In this document: positions 59,809 through 64,000 of the stretch, one piece after another | How positions within the stretch are numbered: the first letter of the stretch is position 1 | How the letters are laid out: each line of letters opens with the position of its first letter | Virus record (IMG/VR): IMGVR_UViG_3300032092_000004 | Coordinates: 32,001-96,000 of that record | From: a virus | Length of the DNA: 64,000 bases | Strand: one strand, 5' to 3' | Program-made: the position numbers and the translations under genes | Notes under the pieces: model-generated | Database searches by the model: none | Told to the model about the DNA's origin: nothing | Seen by the model: the letters and a program-made list of their open reading frames with translations, nothing else

Positions 59809-62364
59809 CTAACTATTTAACCCATTTCCACCCAAAAGTACAGCGTTCATTTGAGTTACAGAACCACCATTAAGACCTATCCAAACCGGATGTGGAACAC
59901 TCACCAATGAAGCACTTCCATCACAAATAAGACAGTCAATATATTCGGTGTTTGCACTGATAGGTATAACATAACCATTACATATTTCACATTCTGAGAA
60001 GAGTTCTAATGCGGTATATTCTGATTCAAGAGGAACACTCAAAAGACCGGTAAATTTATATGCGTTTAAATTGGCGATTTCAGTAAAATTACCACCAACC
60101 AATATATTACCATTTGATTGTAATTTTATTGAATAAATTTCTGAGCCTTGGTTAAATCCACTACCAACGTTAAAATTTGTATCTATAGATCCATCTGAGT
60201 TTAATCTTACTATTTCACCTTCAGATAAACCATTGTATGAATTAAAAGGACCACCAGCTAAGATTTTTCCATCTGATTGTAATGCTGATGCATAAACATT
60301 ACCAGCAAATCCACTACCAATAGAAAAACTAGAATCTATTGATCCATCAGAGTTTAATCTAATAATTCTATTTCTGGATGACCCACTATAAGTTGTGAAA
60401 GTACCCACAACTAATATTTTTCCATCCGACTGAACTTCAATATCCCAAACAATACTGTTAAATCCGGTACCAACAACAAAACTAGAATCTATTGACCCGC
60501 CTGTGTTTAATCTAATAATCCTATTAATAGATACACCACTATATGATGTAAAATTACCACCAACTAATATCTTCCCGTCTGATTGTATGTTAATTTTAAA
60601 TACCGAATTGGCCGTAAATCCAGTACCAATAACAAAACTAGAATCTATTGATCCATCGGTATTTAATCTAACTATACAATTTCTACTTACACCACTATAA
60701 GAAGAAAAATAACCCCCAACTAATATTTTCCCATCTGTTTGTATTTCAATACTATTTACATTACTAGTAAATCCTGTACCAATAGAAAAACTATTATCGA
60801 TAGATCCATCGGTATTTAATCTAACGATTCTATTTTTAGTCACACTACTATATGATGTAAATAGACCACCAACTAATAACTTTCCGTCTGATTGTGGTGT
60901 AATTACGGTAACTCGGTTATTAAATCCGGTACCAATAACAAAACTAGTGTCTACTGTATAGTCGGTGTTTAATCTAATAATCCTATTTATGGATACCCCA
61001 CTATATGATGTAAAATCACCACCAACTAATATTTTTCCATCTGTTTGTGTTTGAATAGCCCATACGGAACCATTAAATCCAGTTCCAATATCAAAAAGAG
61101 GGTTTATATTGTTGAACGATTCATTCAATGCCTCGTAACATCTAAAATCTGTCGTGTATAATATTGGGTTATTATCTAAAGAATCTAATTGACAAATACG
61201 ATTGCAAAAATATCCATTAAATTTTGTGAAGGAACTACCACCAACAATTATTTTTCCGTTTGAATTTGTCACAAACGAAATAACACTACCGTCAAACCCG
61301 AAGCCAGTTACAAAACTAGAATCTATTGATCCATCAGAGTTTAATTTAATAATTCTATTTTTAGATACCCCACTATACGTTGTGAAATCACCACCAACTA
61401 ATATTTTTCCATCCGACTGAACTTCAATATCCCTAACATTATTGTCAAATCCAGTTCCAATAACAAAACTTCCATCTTTGCCACCATTAGAGTTTAATCT
61501 AACAATATAATTATCAATTGATCCACCAAATGTTATAAAATTACCACCAATTAATACCTTCCCGTCTGATTGTAATGCAATTGAAAAGACGGTAGCTTCA
61601 TCTATACCGGTACCACTATTCCATGATACGTCTCTTGTTCCATCTGAATTTAATCTTACTATACCAGAACCAATATAAGCTCCATTATATTGAGTAAATC
61701 CACCACCAACAATTATTTTTCCGTCTGGTTGGTATTGAATTGCGAAAACAGATCCATCACCCCCTTCACCATAAGTATTATAAAATCCTGAACCGGTATT
61801 AAATGTATTATCTATCGATCCATTAGTATTTAATCTTATTAAACTCGCACCTACTGATACCCCACTATAAGAAGTAAAATAACCACCAACCAATATCTTT
61901 CCGTCCGATTGTAACTCAAGATCATAAGGGGGTAAATTCAAACCGGACCCAATACTAAAACTGTTGTCAATAGACCCGTCTGTGTTTAATCTAATGATAT
62001 AATTTCTGGCAACACCACTATACGATGTAAAACCACCAACAACTAATATTTTCCCATCTGTTTGTACTTCAATATCACTTACATACGATGTAAAACCACT
62101 TCCATTAACAAAACTATCATCAACAGAACCATCAGTATTTAATCTAACAATATAATTTTTGGCAACACCACTATAAGAAGTAAAATAACCCCCAACTAAT
62201 ATCTTCCCGTCTGATTGTAACTTTACACTATTAATTTGATTGTTAACCCCAGACCCAATATCAAAACCAACATTTGGAATACCTGGTAATGGAATCGATA
62301 AATCCCCTCCATCAATATATTTGTTTTCGCCTGTTAGGCAAGATTCGCAGTAGTATGTACTCAT
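59809..62364 (-). CDS. Delta-60 repeat protein (2 x 7 repeats; tandem beta-propellers)
   Basis: 14 copies of Q(S/T)DGKILVGG.F...I.RLN.DGS.D.SF. Confidence 0.85.
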   Translation of the reverse strand: MSTYYCESCLTGENKYIDGGDLSIPLPGIPNVGFDIGSGVNNQINSVKLQSDGKILVGGYFTSYSGVAKNYIVRLNTDGSVDDSFVNGSGFTSYVSDIEVQTDGKILVVGGFTSYSGVARNYIIRLNTDGSIDNSFSIGSGLNLPPYDLELQSDGKILVGGYFTSYSGVSVGASLIRLNTNGSIDNTFNTGSGFYNTYGEGGDGSVFAIQYQPDGKIIVGGGFTQYNGAYIGSGIVRLNSDGTRDVSWNSGTGIDEATVFSIALQSDGKVLIGGNFITFGGSIDNYIVRLNSNGGKDGSFVIGTGFDNNVRDIEVQSDGKILVGGDFTTYSGVSKNRIIKLNSDGSIDSSFVTGFGFDGSVISFVTNSNGKIIVGGSSFTKFNGYFCNRICQLDSLDNNPILYTTDFRCYEALNESFNNINPLFDIGTGFNGSVWAIQTQTDGKILVGGDFTSYSGVSINRIIRLNTDYTVDTSFVIGTGFNNRVTVITPQSDGKLLVGGLFTSYSSVTKNRIVRLNTDGSIDNSFSIGTGFTSNVNSIEIQTDGKILVGGYFSSYSGVSRNCIVRLNTDGSIDSSFVIGTGFTANSVFKINIQSDGKILVGGNFTSYSGVSINRIIRLNTGGSIDSSFVVGTGFNSIVWDIEVQSDGKILVVGTFTTYSGSSRNRIIRLNSDGSIDSSFSIGSGFAGNVYASALQSDGKILAGGPFNSYNGLSEGEIVRLNSDGSIDTNFNVGSGFNQGSEIYSIKLQSNGNILVGGNFTEIANLNAYKFTGLLSVPLESEYTALELFSECEICNGYVIPISANTEYIDCLICDGSASLVSVPHPVWIGLNGGSVTQMNAVLLGGNGLNS

Positions 62365-62394
62365 TTTCCTTTTAATTTATAAATATCAAGAAAT

Positions 62395-62424
62395 AAAAAA
62401 AGGTGTCCCAAAATGAAACACCTT
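62395..62424 (-). terminator. Probable minus-strand terminator
   Basis: AAGGTGT...ACACCTT with adjacent A run on the + strand. Confidence 0.55.
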
Positions 62425-62446
62425 ATTATTCGATGATACGCAAATA

Positions 62447-62596
62447 TTATCTTCTGTAATATTTGTTAATGATTTTTTTTACCGACTCTTGAACGTTAGT
62501 ATTATTTTGAGTGGTATTAGCACCTTGTTGTGTTTGAGTTTGTGTTTGTGTTTGAGGTTGTTGTGCCTGTTGCTTGTTTTTACATCCGCAGCCCAT
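62447..62596 (-). CDS. 49-aa MGCGCK Gln/Thr-rich peptide (absent from ORF track)
   Basis: MGCGCKNKQQAQQPQTQTQTQTQQGANTTQNNTNVQESVKKIINKYYRR; own TATTTATA (62626-62633, minus strand) and terminator. Confidence 0.7.
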   Translation of the reverse strand: MGCGCKNKQQAQQPQTQTQTQTQQGANTTQNNTNVQESVKKIINKYYRR

Positions 62597-62702
62597 AACT
62601 AAATGTTTTTATTGGTTTATTTATCTATAAATAGTATCTAAAACAAGTTTAATTCAGAATAAATAAAAATCAATTATTTTTATTTTGTTATATTTATAAA
62701 GT

Positions 62703-63908
62703 ATGAGAGACTTCATTAAAAATTTCTTATTAGAACAAGATGAGAATCTTGTCACACTAACTCCTGATCAATATACAGAAACATTAGAGGATGTTGGAGG
62801 TATTGCAGCAAGAGTTGCAAATCTCAAACCTTATCGTGGTAAGGGTATTGTTATTAATGGTGGTTTAGATCTTAGAAAATTTAAAAACATTGGTCCTTTA
62901 ACTGGCGTTGTTAGAGTTATGGGACGATTAGACATATCTAATACGAATATTTCAAATCTTGATGGAACTAAGGTAGATGGGTATGTTAGTAGTTGGGGTT
63001 CAACAATGCATACAAATAAATTAAAACAAGAAAGAAATAAAAAACTTTCAGAATTAGCCGATTATAGAGAAGATGATGAATGGAATATTGAAAATAATGA
63101 TGATGAATCTGAAAGAACTGAAGCGTTATATGAATTCTTAGTTGAAGAAGGTATTCCTACCTTATATGAAGACGACAATGGTGATGAAATAGAAGAAGAT
63201 AAATATTTTATTTATCCAAATGGTACTGGAAATCACGGTATTGGAAAACAATACGAATGGTTAGGTGGTGGAACTTTACAACCTGACACATATGATGTTT
63301 ATACTCAAGACGAGTTAGATGTTGCGGCTAAAAGATATGTTGAAAGATCGGTTGATGACATGGGTTATGATGCATTCTCAAGTTGGGTTTGGGATCAAGC
63401 GATTAATAAAGGAGAGTGGCAAAGTTGGTTAGATGATTTTTTTGAAGATATAGTTAGAGTTGATCCTGAACATTATGATATAGGACTTGAATTATCTAAA
63501 AATCAACAACATCAAGTTAATCAATTAACAAAAACTATAGAAAATCTAAATAATAGATTAGAAAAAGAGGAATTGTCTGACGAAGAATTCGAAAACATCG
63601 AAAGAAAAATTGAAGGTTTAGAAGAGACAATAGAAGACATCAAAGAAGATCCACAAGGTGGTTATGATGAAAGTTCTATACAGAATGAAATCAATGATAG
63701 AGTTAATGAATATGTTGATGATATTGATGAGTTTATCAAACATTACGGTTATGAAAGTAGTTTTATAATGGATTTTGTTGATTTAAATGAAGTAACTGAC
63801 ATTGTAGTTAATAGTGATGGGTATGGTAATTTATTAAACTCACATGATGGAGAAATGTTTGAAACAAAGGTAAATGACGATTGGTATTTTGTAATGAGAG
63901 CTGGTTAG
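62703..63908 (+). CDS. Acidic protein with LRR-like N-region and FIKNFLLEQ leader
   Basis: GGLDLR..GRLDISNTNISNL; TATTTATA at 62691. Confidence 0.6.
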   Translation: MRDFIKNFLLEQDENLVTLTPDQYTETLEDVGGIAARVANLKPYRGKGIVINGGLDLRKFKNIGPLTGVVRVMGRLDISNTNISNLDGTKVDGYVSSWGSTMHTNKLKQERNKKLSELADYREDDEWNIENNDDESERTEALYEFLVEEGIPTLYEDDNGDEIEEDKYFIYPNGTGNHGIGKQYEWLGGGTLQPDTYDVYTQDELDVAAKRYVERSVDDMGYDAFSSWVWDQAINKGEWQSWLDDFFEDIVRVDPEHYDIGLELSKNQQHQVNQLTKTIENLNNRLEKEELSDEEFENIERKIEGLEETIEDIKEDPQGGYDESSIQNEINDRVNEYVDDIDEFIKHYGYESSFIMDFVDLNEVTDIVVNSDGYGNLLNSHDGEMFETKVNDDWYFVMRAG

Positions 63909-63948
63909 GTCTTTATTTGTTGAACAATATATCATATTTTTATTATGA

Positions 63949-64000
63949 ATGGCACGAAGAAAAAAAATAGAATTTTTGATGAACACCGATTGGATGTTTG
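63949..64000 (+). CDS. Start of a gene running off the window
   Basis: MARRKKIEFLMNTDWMF... Confidence 0.45.
   Translation, partial: MARRKKIEFLMNTDWMF

Noticed and set aside
1332-61420. Numerous 60-230 aa antisense or out-of-frame ORFs in the track (e.g. 1332-1763, 21377-22075, 39225-39641, 50766-51128)
   Set aside because: They lie within well-supported genes and look like shadow ORFs produced by codon bias and repeats.
59809-62364. Diversity-generating retroelement TR/VR pair
   Set aside because: These are ordinary Delta-60 coding repeats with no evident adenine-specific differences, and no reverse transcriptase is in the window.
1-64000. Stop-codon reassignment, as in some large phages
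   Set aside because: Long intact ORFs tile the window under code 11, and TAA, TAG and TGA all end genes at plausible points.
1-64000. tRNA/rRNA genes, introns, inteins
   Set aside because: None were recognised by eye; intergenic gaps are mostly too short and the visible nrdA part is uninterrupted. tRNAscan was not run.

Overview
This AT-rich, gene-dense window uses the standard genetic code and is most likely part of a large (jumbo-type) myovirus infecting a Bacteroidota host. The host inference rests on TAnnTTTG promoters, A-rich ribosome-binding regions with no evident Shine-Dalgarno, an Hc1-like protein, a DUF6576-like C-terminus, SprB repeats and a short Bacteroidota-type sigma70. Layout: 3' end of nrdA (1-1296); a ~27 kb baseplate/tail-fibre module (gp25-, gp6-, gp7-like, PKD, SprB-repeat, Cys-rich and Pro/Thr-rich proteins) interrupted by a glycosyltransferase; RuvC; primase, PD-(D/E)xK nuclease, Mre11/Rad50 and sigma factor; a lysis-like block; Hc1, DnaJ and Dam; an array of acidic proteins with shared N-terminal leaders; DUF932; two redoxins; a MetK-like fragment; and a Delta-60 double beta-propeller protein. 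Best leads: (1) a plant SERGT1/HPAT (GT96/GT95)-like protein O-glycosyltransferase among tail genes with extensin/mucin-like (PT)n tracts, a candidate virion O-glycosylation system; (2) a conserved MKIIITExQYxxLxE leader on otherwise mostly unrelated payloads, a candidate capsid-targeting signal; (3) a pseudoknotted ~130-nt ncRNA candidate after the sigma gene; (4) a TATTTAT late-promoter regulon; (5) unannotated small ORFs (ArfA-like, Hc1). All family calls come from motif recognition by eye; no searches were run.
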